A stretch of DNA of 54,181 bases from the NCBI GenBank assembly GCA_027483995.1, contig JAIXTK010000116.1, positions 1 through 54,181 on the forward strand. Reading direction: 5' to 3'. The DNA is from Acetobacteraceae bacterium. GTDB lineage: Bacteria > Pseudomonadota > Alphaproteobacteria > Acetobacterales > Acetobacteraceae. Numbering within the stretch: position 1 is the first letter of the stretch; each line of letters starts with the position of its first letter. Positions 11,340-20,243 of the stretch are shown here, piece by piece. A program made the position numbers and the translations under genes. The notes below the pieces were generated by a model. That model made no database searches, was not told where the DNA came from, and saw only the letters and a program-made list of their open reading frames with translations.

Positions 11340-11416
11340 TGGTCGGGGCGGCCGGACTCGAACCGGCGGCCTCGTGTACCCAAAACACGCGCGCTACCAG
11401 GCTGCGCCACGCCCCG
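11340..11416 (-). tRNA. tRNA-Pro (anticodon UGG)
   Basis: The reverse complement folds as a cloverleaf. Acceptor CGGGGCG/CGCCCCG, D arm GCGC-AGCCTGGTA-GCGC, anticodon arm CGTGT-TTTGGGT-ACACG, T arm GCCGG-TTCGAGT-CCGGC. Encoded ACCA 3' end; 77 nt. Confidence 0.93.
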
Positions 11417-11466
11417 TTCCCAGAACGGGCCGGAAGCTAGGCGCGAGACCCGCCCAGCGCAAGCAT

Positions 11467-11946
11467 TCAGCCGCCGGGCACCATGAAGATGGTGTGCGAA
11501 ACGCGGTCCCCTACCCGGATATCCAGCCGCTCGCAGGTTCCCGCAGCCACCTCCAGGGTCGCGCGCACCGGCACCATGCTGTCCACGATGGCCAGGCTCT
11601 GCGGCACCGTCCGCTCGGCGATGGTCTTGATGCGGCCGTCCTGCGCGATGAACACCATGTCCAGGCTCACGATGGTGTTGCGCATCCACATCTGGGAACG
11701 GCGTTCCTTGCCCCAGTCGAACAGCATCCCGCCATCCGCCGGCACACGCTGGCGGAACATCAGCCCGATCGATTGCTGCGCCGGCTCCAGCGCCATCTCC
11801 ACCATGAAGTAGTACGTCTTGCCGCGCCCGGTCACGATGCTCAGCCGTTCCTTGCGCAACTCGGGCTGCGGCCCGTCCTGTGCGGCCGCCACCTGCGGCA
11901 CCATCAGGGCCCCCAGGCCCAGCAACAGCCCTCGACGTACCATCAT
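11467..11946 (-). CDS. DUF192-domain protein with signal peptide
   Basis: C-terminal 159 codons of ORF 11467..12468, starting at ATGATG 11946 ([23 protein letters not shown]...). The upstream part of the ORF is Ala/Gly/Arg-rich shadow sequence that overlaps the deacetylase gene. Confidence 0.75.
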   Translation of the reverse strand: MMVRRGLLLGLGALMVPQVAAAQDGPQPELRKERLSIVTGRGKTYYFMVEMALEPAQQSIGLMFRQRVPADGGMLFDWGKERRSQMWMRNTIVSLDMVFIAQDGRIKTIAERTVPQSLAIVDSMVPVRATLEVAAGTCERLDIRVGDRVSHTIFMVPGG

Positions 11947-13049
11947 GCGAACTCCTCCAACGCCAGCGCAGCCAGCCGCCTGATCTCCTCGCGCACCAGG
12001 CCCTCGCGCGGCGCATCGCGCAGCGTTTCCAGCCAATGCGCCGGCGGCCGTCGCCCGGCCACACGAGCATAGTGCAATTCGCCCAGCACCGCCGAAGCCT
12101 CTGGAGTCGCCCGATCCGGAATCTCGATCCCGTTCAGCGTCGCCCAGATTCCCGCCCAGCAGCGCCCGGCCGAGAACGGATTGTAGCCCCCGCCCCCGGT
12201 CACCACCAGCCGCGGCGCCAGCCCCATCACCGCGCGCACCACCTGGAAATGCGCGTTGTTGGAGAGGGACAGCTTCGCCAGCGGGTCCTCCTCCAGCGCA
12301 TCCGCCCCTGCCTGCAGCATGATCGCCTGGGGCTGGAACCGCTCGATCAGCGGCAGGATCGCCTCGTGCAGCAGCCAGCGCATCTCGCTGTCGTTGAAGC
12401 CCTGCGGCACCGGGAAGTTTCGCGCCAGGCCGCCTGCCCGGTCTTCCGCCAGCCCGGTATGCGGCCACCGCCCGGCCTCATGCACGGAGAGGGTGAACAC
12501 CCGGTCGTCGTCATGGAACGCGTCCTGCACGCCATCGCCATGATGCGCATCGATATCCAGGTAGACGATCCGGCCCAGCCCGGCCGCCAGCCACTCCGAG
12601 ATGCCCAGCACGCAATCATTCAGGAAGCAGAACCCGCTGGCCCGGTCCGGCCGCCCGTGATGCGTGCCGCCGCCGGGGCAATGCACCACGCCGCCCGGCA
12701 GCACCGTCCGGCACGCCAGCGCCACCCCGCCGGCGGAGGTGGCCGGCCGGCGGAACATCTCGCGGAAAATCGGGTTGCCCGCCGCCCCCAGCGCATGGCG
12801 CGCCCGCACCGCGTCGGAGACCGCCTGCTCCGCCTCCGCCTGCTTCAGGGCCGCGACATAATCGGGCGTGTGGAACCGGTGCAGCAGGCCGTCCCCGGCC
12901 AGCTGCGCCTCCAGGAACCGGGCCTCCTCCATCCACCCCATCGCCCGCACCAGGTCGGTGCACACGGACACCCGCGGCACCGCCAGCGGGTGCTTCGGCC
13001 CGTAGCTGGACCGGCGATAGATCTCGCTGCCGACGTAGAACGGCCTCAC
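11943..13049 (-). CDS. histone-deacetylase-family protein (AcuC-like deacetylase)
   Basis: ORF 11943..13049. Active-site region DIDAHHGDGVQDAF. 4-nt overlaps with both neighbours. Confidence 0.85.
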   Translation of the reverse strand: MRPFYVGSEIYRRSSYGPKHPLAVPRVSVCTDLVRAMGWMEEARFLEAQLAGDGLLHRFHTPDYVAALKQAEAEQAVSDAVRARHALGAAGNPIFREMFRRPATSAGGVALACRTVLPGGVVHCPGGGTHHGRPDRASGFCFLNDCVLGISEWLAAGLGRIVYLDIDAHHGDGVQDAFHDDDRVFTLSVHEAGRWPHTGLAEDRAGGLARNFPVPQGFNDSEMRWLLHEAILPLIERFQPQAIMLQAGADALEEDPLAKLSLSNNAHFQVVRAVMGLAPRLVVTGGGGYNPFSAGRCWAGIWATLNGIEIPDRATPEASAVLGELHYARVAGRRPPAHWLETLRDAPREGLVREEIRRLAALALEEFA

Positions 13050-13954
13050 GAAGCCGTCGGCAGCACCGTCGTCACGATCGATGCGTCCAGCGCCTCATAG
13101 TCGTGCAGCCCGATCGTCTCGTAGAGCTCGGCGCGGGTCTGCATCCGGTCCACCATGTTCTGCGTGCCGCCATCGCGCTTGATCGCCGCATACAGGTCCG
13201 AACTCGCCTTGGCCGAGACGCGCATGGAGCTCACCGGCCAGATCACCATCGCGTAGCCCATCGCCTCGAACTCGCTGGCGGTGAAGAACGGGGTGCGGCC
13301 GAACTCCGTCATGTTGGCCAGCAGCGGCGCCTTCACCCGGCTGGCGAATTCGCGGAACATCTCGGCGGAGGTCATCGCCTCCGGGAAGATCGCATCGGCG
13401 CCGGCCTCCAGGTACAGCTTGGCCCGCGCCACCGCCCCGTCCATCCCCTCGCTCGCCGCCGCATCGGTGCGCGCGATCACGTACAGGTGCCGCCGCGCCT
13501 TGCGTGCGGCGGCCACCTTGGCCGCCATGTCGTGCGCGTCAGCCAGCTTCTTGTCGTTCAGGTGGCCGCATTTCTTCGGCAGCAGCTGGTCCTCGATATG
13601 CACCGCGCCGGCACCGGCATCCTCGAAGCTGCGCACCATGTGCATCACGTTCAGCGCCTCGCCGTAGCCGGTATCCCCATCCACCAGCAGCGGCAGGCCG
13701 GAGGCCCGGGCCACCTGGCGCACGAAGAAGCACACCTCGTCCACCGTGATCATGCCGACATCGGGAATGCCCATGCTGGCCGTCATCGCCGCACCCGACA
13801 GGTACAGCCCCTCGAACCCCGCGCGCCTGGCCTGCAGCGCCGCCATGCCGTTATGCGCGCCCGGCAACTGGGCAATTCCACCCCGCTCCACCAGGCGGCG
13901 GAACCGCACTCCGGCGGGCTCATGCGGCAGGTCATCGGCGATCAAATAGGGCAT
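13046..13954 (-). CDS. isocitrate lyase/PEP mutase family protein (methylisocitrate lyase-like)
   Basis: ORF 13046..13954. Family signature IEDQLLPKKCGHLNDKKL. Confidence 0.85.
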   Translation of the reverse strand: MPYLIADDLPHEPAGVRFRRLVERGGIAQLPGAHNGMAALQARRAGFEGLYLSGAAMTASMGIPDVGMITVDEVCFFVRQVARASGLPLLVDGDTGYGEALNVMHMVRSFEDAGAGAVHIEDQLLPKKCGHLNDKKLADAHDMAAKVAAARKARRHLYVIARTDAAASEGMDGAVARAKLYLEAGADAIFPEAMTSAEMFREFASRVKAPLLANMTEFGRTPFFTASEFEAMGYAMVIWPVSSMRVSAKASSDLYAAIKRDGGTQNMVDRMQTRAELYETIGLHDYEALDASIVTTVLPTAS

Positions 13955-14072
13955 GAAGCGGTCTCCCTTGGCGGAACGGGGGCGGCGCCCCAGCTATATG
14001 GGCCGGGCGTCGGTTGCACGCCCTCCCCCCTATAAGTAACTTCCGCCCCGCGCAACGGAGAACGGCAGCAAC

Positions 14073-14699
14073 ATGGACATGTCCGGCGAGCGGCGGATCA
14101 CCGCGCCGCGCGAAAAGGTGTGGGCCGCCCTCAATGACCCCCTGGTCCTCAAGGCCTCCATCCCCGGCTGCGACACGCTGGAGAAGCTTTCGGAGACCGA
14201 GCTGAAGGCCACCGCCTCGATCAAGATCGGCCCCATCGCCGCCAAGTTCGCCGGCAAGGTGCAGCTGCTGGATCTCGATCCCCCCAACGGCTACCGCATC
14301 GAGGGTGAAGGCCAAGGCGGCGTGGCCGGCTTCGCCAAGGGCGGCGCCAGCGTGCGCCTCGTGCAGGACGGGGCCGATACCATCCTCTCCTACGACGTGA
14401 AGGCCAATGTCGGCGGCAAGATCGCCCAGCTCGGCGCCCGCCTGATCGACGCCACCGCCAAGCAGATGGCCGACGCCTTCTTCGACCGCTTCGCCGCCCA
14501 GGTGGCCACCGCGGAACCCGAAGCCGCCGCCGAAGCCACGCCCGCACCCGCCGCCGCCCCGGCCCCAGCCCCGGCCGCCCCCACCATCTCGCTGCTGGAT
14601 CTCATCCCGCGCGAGCCCGGCGGCCTGCCGATCACCGCCTGGATCGGCATCGCGCTGTTCATCCCCGTGGCCCTGCTGCTGCTCAAGGGCTTCTTCTGA
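14073..14699 (+). CDS. coxG: CoxG-like SRPBCC protein with C-terminal Ala/Pro linker and TM anchor
   Basis: ORF 14073..14699. The N-terminal 150 aa are CoxG-type (MDMSGERRITAPREKVWAALNDP...). The tail is ...[14 protein letters not shown]... followed by a hydrophobic helix. Confidence 0.8.
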   Translation: MDMSGERRITAPREKVWAALNDPLVLKASIPGCDTLEKLSETELKATASIKIGPIAAKFAGKVQLLDLDPPNGYRIEGEGQGGVAGFAKGGASVRLVQDGADTILSYDVKANVGGKIAQLGARLIDATAKQMADAFFDRFAAQVATAEPEAAAEATPAPAAAPAPAPAAPTISLLDLIPREPGGLPITAWIGIALFIPVALLLLKGFF

Positions 14700-15598
14700 T
14701 GACCCTCCCGGCCACCGTCGCCGACACCGTCGCCCTGCTCGAAGCCGGCGGCTACGTCGCCGACACCGCACTCGCCACCACCGTGCACCTCGCCATGACC
14801 ATGGAACGCCCGCTGTTCCTGGAAGGCGAGCCCGGCACCGGCAAGACCGAGATCGCCAAGGTGCTCGCCGGCGGCCTCAACCGCCGCCTGGTCCGCCTGC
14901 AATGCTACGACGGCCTGGACCTCGCCGCGGCAGCCTATGAGTGGGACCACGCCCGCCAGCTCATGGCCATCCGCATCGCCGAAGCCACCGGCACGGCCGA
15001 CCGCCAGTCCCTCGCCAGCGACATCTACGCCCGCGAATACCTGCAATCGCGCCCGCTGCTCTCGGCCATCGACCCGGACCAGCCCCCCGCCGTGCTGCTG
15101 ATCGACGAGCTGGACCGCGCCGACGAACCCTTCGAGGCCTTCCTGCTGGAGCTGCTGGCCGACTTCCAGATCACCGTTCCGGAATACGGCACCATCCACG
15201 CCAAGACGAAGCCCGTGGTGGTCCTCACCTCCAACCGCACCCGCGAAGTGCACGACGCCATCCGCCGCCGCTGCCTCTACCACTGGGTGGACTACCCCGA
15301 CGCCAAACGCGAACGCGCCATCCTCGCCCGCAAGGCCCCGCACGTGCAGCCCAGGCTGGCGGCGGAAATCGTTGCCTTCGTGCAGAAAATCCGCGGCCAG
15401 GACCTGTTCAAGCAACCCGGCGTCGCCGAAAGCATCGACTGGGCCGGCGCACTCACCTACCTCAACCAAACCGAACTCACCCCCGGCGCGGTCGATGAAA
15501 CCCTGGGCGTGCTGCTGAAATACCAGGACGATATCGCCAAGATCAAAGGCGCGGAGGCGGCGCGGTTGGTGACGGAAGCCAAGGCGGCGGCGGACTAA
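14699..15598 (+). CDS. coxD: MoxR-family AAA+ ATPase (CoxD-like)
   Basis: ORF 14699..15598. Walker A GEPGTGKTE, Walker B LLIDELDRA. TGATG overlap with coxG. Confidence 0.9.
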   Translation: MTLPATVADTVALLEAGGYVADTALATTVHLAMTMERPLFLEGEPGTGKTEIAKVLAGGLNRRLVRLQCYDGLDLAAAAYEWDHARQLMAIRIAEATGTADRQSLASDIYAREYLQSRPLLSAIDPDQPPAVLLIDELDRADEPFEAFLLELLADFQITVPEYGTIHAKTKPVVVLTSNRTREVHDAIRRRCLYHWVDYPDAKRERAILARKAPHVQPRLAAEIVAFVQKIRGQDLFKQPGVAESIDWAGALTYLNQTELTPGAVDETLGVLLKYQDDIAKIKGAEAARLVTEAKAAAD

Positions 15599-15753
15599 GG
15601 AAGGACTTCTTTTTGTGAACAAAAAGAAGCAAAAAAACTTCATGACCTGCGCTGGGGATAACCTCCCTCGCGCCCGTGGAGTCACGCCGCCGCCATCAGC
15701 AAACGAACAAAGTTTTTTTGCTTCTTTTTGTTCACAAAAAGAAGGCCTTGCTG
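15596..15753. repeat. AT-rich nested-palindrome element, copy 3 (both ends A-type, perfect 35-bp terminal inverted repeats)
   Basis: 15606-15640, CTTCTTTTTGTGAACAAAAAGAAGCAAAAAAACTT, is the exact reverse complement of 15710-15744. Each TIR contains a 10-bp hairpin. It fills the coxD-coxE gap. Confidence 0.9.
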
Positions 15754-16959
15754 ATGTCTGACCTGACGGCAAAAGGCCTCCTGTCCCTCAACATCCTCAA
15801 CTTCGCCCGCCTCCTGCGCCGCGCCGGCCTGCCGATCGGCCCCGCCGACATGCTCGCCGCCCAGGATGCCATGACCCGCATCGACATCGGCCGCCGCGCC
15901 CAGGTGCATACCGCCTTGCGCGCCACCATGGTGCATCGCCACGAGCACCAGGACATGTTCGACCAGGCCTTCAAGCTCTACTGGCGGGCCAAGGAGAACA
16001 ACGAAGTCCTGGAGATGCTGGACAAGCTGGCCGGCCCCAAGCCCCCGCCGGAGAAGGCCCCGCCCGGCTCCCGCCGCCTCGCGGAGGCCCTGGCCGCCAA
16101 GCAGGAGAAGCCCACGCCGCCGGAGGAAGCCCGCGAGGAGATCGACGCGGTGCTGACCGTCTCCGAGCGTGAGCACCTGCAAACCATGGATTTCGAGGCG
16201 ATGAGCGCGGCCGAGATCGAGAACGCCAAGCGCGAGATCGCCCGCCTGCACCTGCCGCTGGACCAGAAGCGCACCCGCCGCACAAGGCCCGACGCCAACG
16301 GCCCGCGCATCGACCTGCGCGCCACCATCCGCGCCAGCTTGCGCACCGGCGGCGAGATCTTCGACCTCGCCCGCACCCGCAAGGTCACCAAGCCGCCGCC
16401 CTTGGTGGTGCTGTGCGACATCAGCGGCAGCATGGCCCGCTACGCCCAGATATTGCTGCACTTCCTCCACGCCGTGGCCAATGATCGCGACCGCGTGCAC
16501 ACCTTCCTCTTCGGCACCCGCCTCTCCAACATCTCCCGCCAGCTTCGCCACCGGGACCCGGAAGTGGCCTTCCAACTCGTCTCGCAGATCGTGCCCGACT
16601 GGTCCGGCGGCACGCGCATCGGGGAGGCGCTGGCCGCCTTCAACCAGCAATGGTCCCGCCGCGTGCTGGGCCAGGGCGCCATGGTGCTGCTGGTGACGGA
16701 TGGGCTGGATCGCGATGGCGCGGCCGGCCTGTCGGAGAACATGGAGCGCCTGCACAAATCCTGCTCCCGCCTGGTCTGGCTCAACCCGCTCTTGCGCTGG
16801 GATGGGTTCGAGCCGAAATCGCAGGGCATCCGCGCGATGCTGCCGCATGTCGACGAATTCCGAACCGTGCATAATCTCGCCAGCCTGCGCGCCCTGGTCG
16901 CCTCGCTCTCGGCACCGCCCGATTTGCGCGCGATGGACCGATGGAGGATAGCCGCATGA
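15754..16959 (+). CDS. coxE: VWA-domain protein (CoxE-like)
   Basis: Inside ORF 15676..16959. ATG 15754 is chosen because the upstream codons are repeat-derived (KVFLLLFVHKKK). MIDAS motif VVLCDISGSMARY. Confidence 0.85.
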   Translation: MSDLTAKGLLSLNILNFARLLRRAGLPIGPADMLAAQDAMTRIDIGRRAQVHTALRATMVHRHEHQDMFDQAFKLYWRAKENNEVLEMLDKLAGPKPPPEKAPPGSRRLAEALAAKQEKPTPPEEAREEIDAVLTVSEREHLQTMDFEAMSAAEIENAKREIARLHLPLDQKRTRRTRPDANGPRIDLRATIRASLRTGGEIFDLARTRKVTKPPPLVVLCDISGSMARYAQILLHFLHAVANDRDRVHTFLFGTRLSNISRQLRHRDPEVAFQLVSQIVPDWSGGTRIGEALAAFNQQWSRRVLGQGAMVLLVTDGLDRDGAAGLSENMERLHKSCSRLVWLNPLLRWDGFEPKSQGIRAMLPHVDEFRTVHNLASLRALVASLSAPPDLRAMDRWRIAA

Positions 16960-17300
16960 CCGCCACCCCCGATTCCCCCACCCCTGATTCAGACGACATT
17001 CTCACCACCGCCGCCGCCTGGGTCGCCCAGGGCGAGCAGGTTGCCATCGCCACCGTCACGGAAACCTGGGGTTCCTCCCCCCGCCCCGCCGGCAGCCAGC
17101 TGGCCGTCACCAGGTCGGGCCGCATGGCCGGCTCCGTGAGCGGCGGCTGCATCGAGGGCGCGGTGGCCGAGATCGCCATGAAGACCATCGAAACCGGCAT
17201 GCCGCAGCTGATGGATTTCGGCATCACCGATGAACGCGCCTGGGAAGTGGGCCTGGCCTGCGGCGGCAAGCTCAAGGTGTTCGTGGAGAAGCTCTCGTGA
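16956..17300 (+). CDS. XdhC/CoxI-family protein, N-terminal-domain half
   Basis: ORF 16941..17300. ATG 16956 gives an ATGA overlap with the coxE stop and has GGAGGA 7 nt upstream. XdhC_CoxI-type sequence ...GSSPRPAGSQLAV...GSVSGGCIEG. Confidence 0.8.
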   Translation: MTATPDSPTPDSDDILTTAAAWVAQGEQVAIATVTETWGSSPRPAGSQLAVTRSGRMAGSVSGGCIEGAVAEIAMKTIETGMPQLMDFGITDERAWEVGLACGGKLKVFVEKLS

Positions 17301-18007
17301 CCCCGGAAACCCTCAAGGCCCTCACCGAGGCCCGCGCCGCCAAGCGCCCCATCGTCGTGGCCACGAAGCTGCCCAGTGGCGAACAACGCCTCCTGCCTGA
17401 TCCCTCGGCGCCGGCCGAACTCGCCGCTGCCGCCACCAAGGCACTCGACCGCGACGAATCCGGCACCCACGTGATCGGCAACGAAACCTGGTTCCTCCAC
17501 GCCTACAACCCGCCGCTGCGCCTGATCATCGTCGGCGCCGTGCACATCGCCCAGGCCCTGGTGCCGATGGCCGCGCATCTTGGCCTCGCGGTGGTGGTGG
17601 TGGATCCGCGCCGCTCCTTCGCGACCGAGGAACGCTTCCCCAACGTCACCGTCAGCTCCGAATGGCCGGATGACGCGATGGACGAGCTGAAGCCCGATGT
17701 CCGCACCGCAATCGTCACCCTCACCCACGACCCGAAGCTGGACGACCCGGCGCTGGACCGCGCGCTGAAGTCGCCGGCCTTCTACATCGGCGCGCTCGGC
17801 AGCCGCCGCACCCATGCCCGCCGCGTCGCGCGCCTGAAGGAACTTGGCCACACGGACGAAGCCATCGCCCGCATCAAGGGCCCGGTCGGCCTCGATATCG
17901 GCGCCATCACCGCCCCGGAAATCGCGGTGTCCATCCTCGCGGAATTCGTCGCCGCCCGCCGCAATGGCGGCCTCGCGCCCAAGCAGGCCGAGAAGCAAGC
18001 CGCGTGA
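17297..18007 (+). CDS. XdhC-family protein, C-terminal Rossmann-like half
   Basis: ORF 17297..18007 (GTG, GTGA overlap). LIIVGAVHIAQAL...THDPKLDDPAL is typical of the XdhC C-domain. Confidence 0.8.
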   Translation: MTPETLKALTEARAAKRPIVVATKLPSGEQRLLPDPSAPAELAAAATKALDRDESGTHVIGNETWFLHAYNPPLRLIIVGAVHIAQALVPMAAHLGLAVVVVDPRRSFATEERFPNVTVSSEWPDDAMDELKPDVRTAIVTLTHDPKLDDPALDRALKSPAFYIGALGSRRTHARRVARLKELGHTDEAIARIKGPVGLDIGAITAPEIAVSILAEFVAARRNGGLAPKQAEKQAA

Positions 18008-19662
18008 TCTTCGCCAGCTTTCCGCTTGGCGAGGCGGAAGGCGCCGTCCTCGCCCACTCGCACCGCACCCCCAGCCGTGTCCTGAAAAAGGGCACGGTGC
18101 TGGACCAGGCCGCCATCGTCGCGCTGGCCGCCGCCGGCAAGACGGAGATCATCGCAGCCCGCTTCGAGGAAGGCGACGTGCCGGAGAACGAGGCCGCCGC
18201 CCGCCTTGCCGCCGCCATTGCCGCCCCGCGCATCTCCGCCGGCCGCGCCAATACCGGCCGCGCCAATCTGCATGCCGACAGCGCCGGCCTGTTCATCGTC
18301 GACCCCGCCCACCTCACCCGCCTCAACCGGCTCGACGAATCGCTCACCCTGGCCACCCTGGCAGACAACACGGTGGTCGCCCCCGGCGACATGCTCGCCA
18401 CCATCAAGGTCATCCCCTTCGCCGTCCCGGGCGCCGTGCTGGAGCAGGCCGAAGCCCTCGCGCGCGCCGAAGGTCCCCCCTTCGCGCTCCATCCCTTCCG
18501 CAAGCTCAAGGTCGGCCTGGTCCTGTCGGAACTGCCGGGCCTCAAGGAATCCGTCCTGGCCGGCACCATCGAGGCGACGGAAGCCCGCATCCATGCCCTT
18601 GGCGGCACCATGCTCCCCGCCCGCCGCTGCCCCCACACCACCAGCGCCATCGCCGCCGCCCTGCGCGAGATGCTGGCAGAGGGCGCCGACCTCCTCCTCG
18701 TCGCCGGCGCCTCCGCCACGGTCGATCGCCGCGATGTCGGCCCGGCCGGCGTTGTTGCCGCGGGCGGCCGCATCGTCCATTTCGGCATGCCGGTCGACCC
18801 CGGCAACCTCATCTGCACCTGCGACCTCGATGGCCGCCCCGCCCTCGTCCTCCCCGGCTGCGCCCGCTCGCCGAAGCTGAACGGCATTGATTGCGTCCTG
18901 CGCCGCCTCTTCGCCGGCCTGCCGGTGGATGCCGACGCCCTGGCCGCCATGGGCCTTGGCGGCCTGCTGAAGGACACGGATGCCCGCCCCCTCCCAAGGG
19001 CCAAGGCTGCCGGCAAGCCAGAGGCCCCGGCACCGGCCCCCAAATCCACCATCGCCGCCGTGGTGCTGGCCGCCGGCAAATCCACCCGCATGGCCCCGTT
19101 CAACAAGCTGCTGGTCACCGACAAGGCCGGCAAGCCGATGATCGCCCGCACGGTGGACAACGTGCTCTCCTCCGGCGCACGCCCCGTCATCGTGGTCACC
19201 GGCCACCATGCCGAGGAGATCAAGGCCGCACTCGCCGGCCGCCCCGTTACCTACATCCCCAGCCCCCAGTACGAAGCCGGCCTCTCCGAAAGCCTCAAAT
19301 CCGGCATCGCCGCCGTGCCCCCCGAAGCCCGCGCCGCCATCGTCTGCCTCGGCGACATGCCGCTGGTCACCGGGCGGATCATCGACCGCCTGCTCGCCGC
19401 GCACGATGCCGATGAAGGCCGCCTCATCGCCGTGCCCACCCACCAGGGCCAGCTCGGCAACCCCATCCTGTGGGACCGCAGCTTCTTCCCCAGCCTCCTG
19501 GCCATGACCGGCGACGGCGGCGGCGGGCGCCGCATCATCCGCGAAAACGCCGAGCAGGTCGCCGAAATCGACGTCAACGACGACGCCGTGTTGCGCGACT
19601 TCGACACCCCCGAAAGCCTCGCCACCCTGCCCCCGCGCCTCAGGCCGCCCGATGTCGCCTAG
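18004..19662 (+). CDS. molybdopterin-binding (MoeA/CinA-like) domain fused to MobA/MocA-like nucleotidyltransferase
   Basis: ORF 18004..19662 (GTG, GTGA overlap). The C-terminal half has AAVVLAAGKSTRM, the NTP-transferase P-loop of the MobA/MocA family. The N-terminal half is MoCF-binding-like. Confidence 0.75.
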   Translation: MIFASFPLGEAEGAVLAHSHRTPSRVLKKGTVLDQAAIVALAAAGKTEIIAARFEEGDVPENEAAARLAAAIAAPRISAGRANTGRANLHADSAGLFIVDPAHLTRLNRLDESLTLATLADNTVVAPGDMLATIKVIPFAVPGAVLEQAEALARAEGPPFALHPFRKLKVGLVLSELPGLKESVLAGTIEATEARIHALGGTMLPARRCPHTTSAIAAALREMLAEGADLLLVAGASATVDRRDVGPAGVVAAGGRIVHFGMPVDPGNLICTCDLDGRPALVLPGCARSPKLNGIDCVLRRLFAGLPVDADALAAMGLGGLLKDTDARPLPRAKAAGKPEAPAPAPKSTIAAVVLAAGKSTRMAPFNKLLVTDKAGKPMIARTVDNVLSSGARPVIVVTGHHAEEIKAALAGRPVTYIPSPQYEAGLSESLKSGIAAVPPEARAAIVCLGDMPLVTGRIIDRLLAAHDADEGRLIAVPTHQGQLGNPILWDRSFFPSLLAMTGDGGGGRRIIRENAEQVAEIDVNDDAVLRDFDTPESLATLPPRLRPPDVA

Positions 19663-20119
19663 CTGGCGCCCCATGGCACCCGAAGACCTCGACTCCGTCG
19701 AGCGCCTCGGCAACACCATCCACCAGGCCCATCCCGAACGCCCGGAAGTCTTCGCCGAACGCCTGCGCCTCTGCCCCGAAGGCTGCCACGCGCTTGGAAA
19801 CCTCGACGGCTACATCATCAGCCACCCCTGGACGCTGGGCAGCCCGCCACCGCTCGATACCCTCCTCGGCGCCCTGCCCGCGCAGCCAGACACCTGGTAC
19901 ATCCACGACCTGGCACTGCACGAACGCGCCCGCGGGACCGGCGCCGCACCGGCCATCGTGGCTCAGTTAGCCGCCGCCCATGCCCTGCCCCTATCCCTGA
20001 TCGCCGTCGGCCGCTCGCCCGGCTTCTGGGCGCGGCAAGGCTTTGTTCCGGCCACGCTGCCGCAGGGCAAGCTCGCCTCCTATGGGGACGGCGCGACCTA
20101 CATGGTCAGAAGAAAGTAA
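19652..20119 (+). CDS. GNAT-family N-acetyltransferase (putative)
   Basis: ORF 19652..20119. Acetyl-CoA motif-A-like HERARGTGAAPAIV. 11-nt overlap with the upstream gene. Confidence 0.65.
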   Translation: MSPSWRPMAPEDLDSVERLGNTIHQAHPERPEVFAERLRLCPEGCHALGNLDGYIISHPWTLGSPPPLDTLLGALPAQPDTWYIHDLALHERARGTGAAPAIVAQLAAAHALPLSLIAVGRSPGFWARQGFVPATLPQGKLASYGDGATYMVRRK

Positions 20120-20241
20120 GAGTCTTCTTTTTCTGAAGAAAAAGAAGCAAAAAGACTTTACTCGTTCGCCGGCCATTGCGGCCGAGGCGCAGGTCCCAAA
20201 AGTTTTTTGGTTCTTTTTTTCAAAAAAGAACCGCTTGCTTC
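20117..20241 (+). repeat. AT-rich nested-palindrome element, copy 4 (complete)
   Basis: GTAAGAGT, hairpin A, CAAAAAGACTTTA, GC-rich centre (CGCCGGCCATTGCGGCCGAGGCG), AAAAGTTTTTTGG, hairpin B, CGCTTGCTTC. Lies between convergent genes. Confidence 0.85.
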
Positions 20242-20243
20242 CC

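Noticed and set aside
14684-14702. The coxG 3' end, CAAGGGCTTCTTCTGATGA, resembles the repeat terminus plus hairpin A left arm and loop (CAAGGCCTTCTTTTTCTGAAGA). This would suggest a fully decayed copy at the coxG/coxD junction.
   Set aside because: The similarity covers fewer than 20 nt, no other module of the element is present, and the TGATG overlap is an ordinary coupling signal. It cannot be distinguished from chance.
15676-15753. N-terminal extensions of several ORFs that read through the repeats (for example MESRRRHQQTNKVFLLLFVHKKKALL before coxE, and MGGAPGHQGRKVFWFFFSKKN before the permease), plus small ORFs such as 5854..6042 and 19991..20257.
   Set aside because: The Lys/Phe-rich peptides are simply translations of the repeat hairpins and recur in different frames and strands. 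The internal ATG starts give normal N-termini.
17782-19719. 645-aa minus-strand ORF antisense to the XdhC and MocA-fusion genes. Similar ORFs are 20497..22842, 31366..33393, 38210..40933, 41193..43808 and 43805..46159.
   Set aside because: These are shadow ORFs. They have Gly/Ala/Arg/Asp-rich composition and no recognisable domains. In each case the opposite strand or another frame encodes a protein with diagnostic motifs and G/C-biased third positions.
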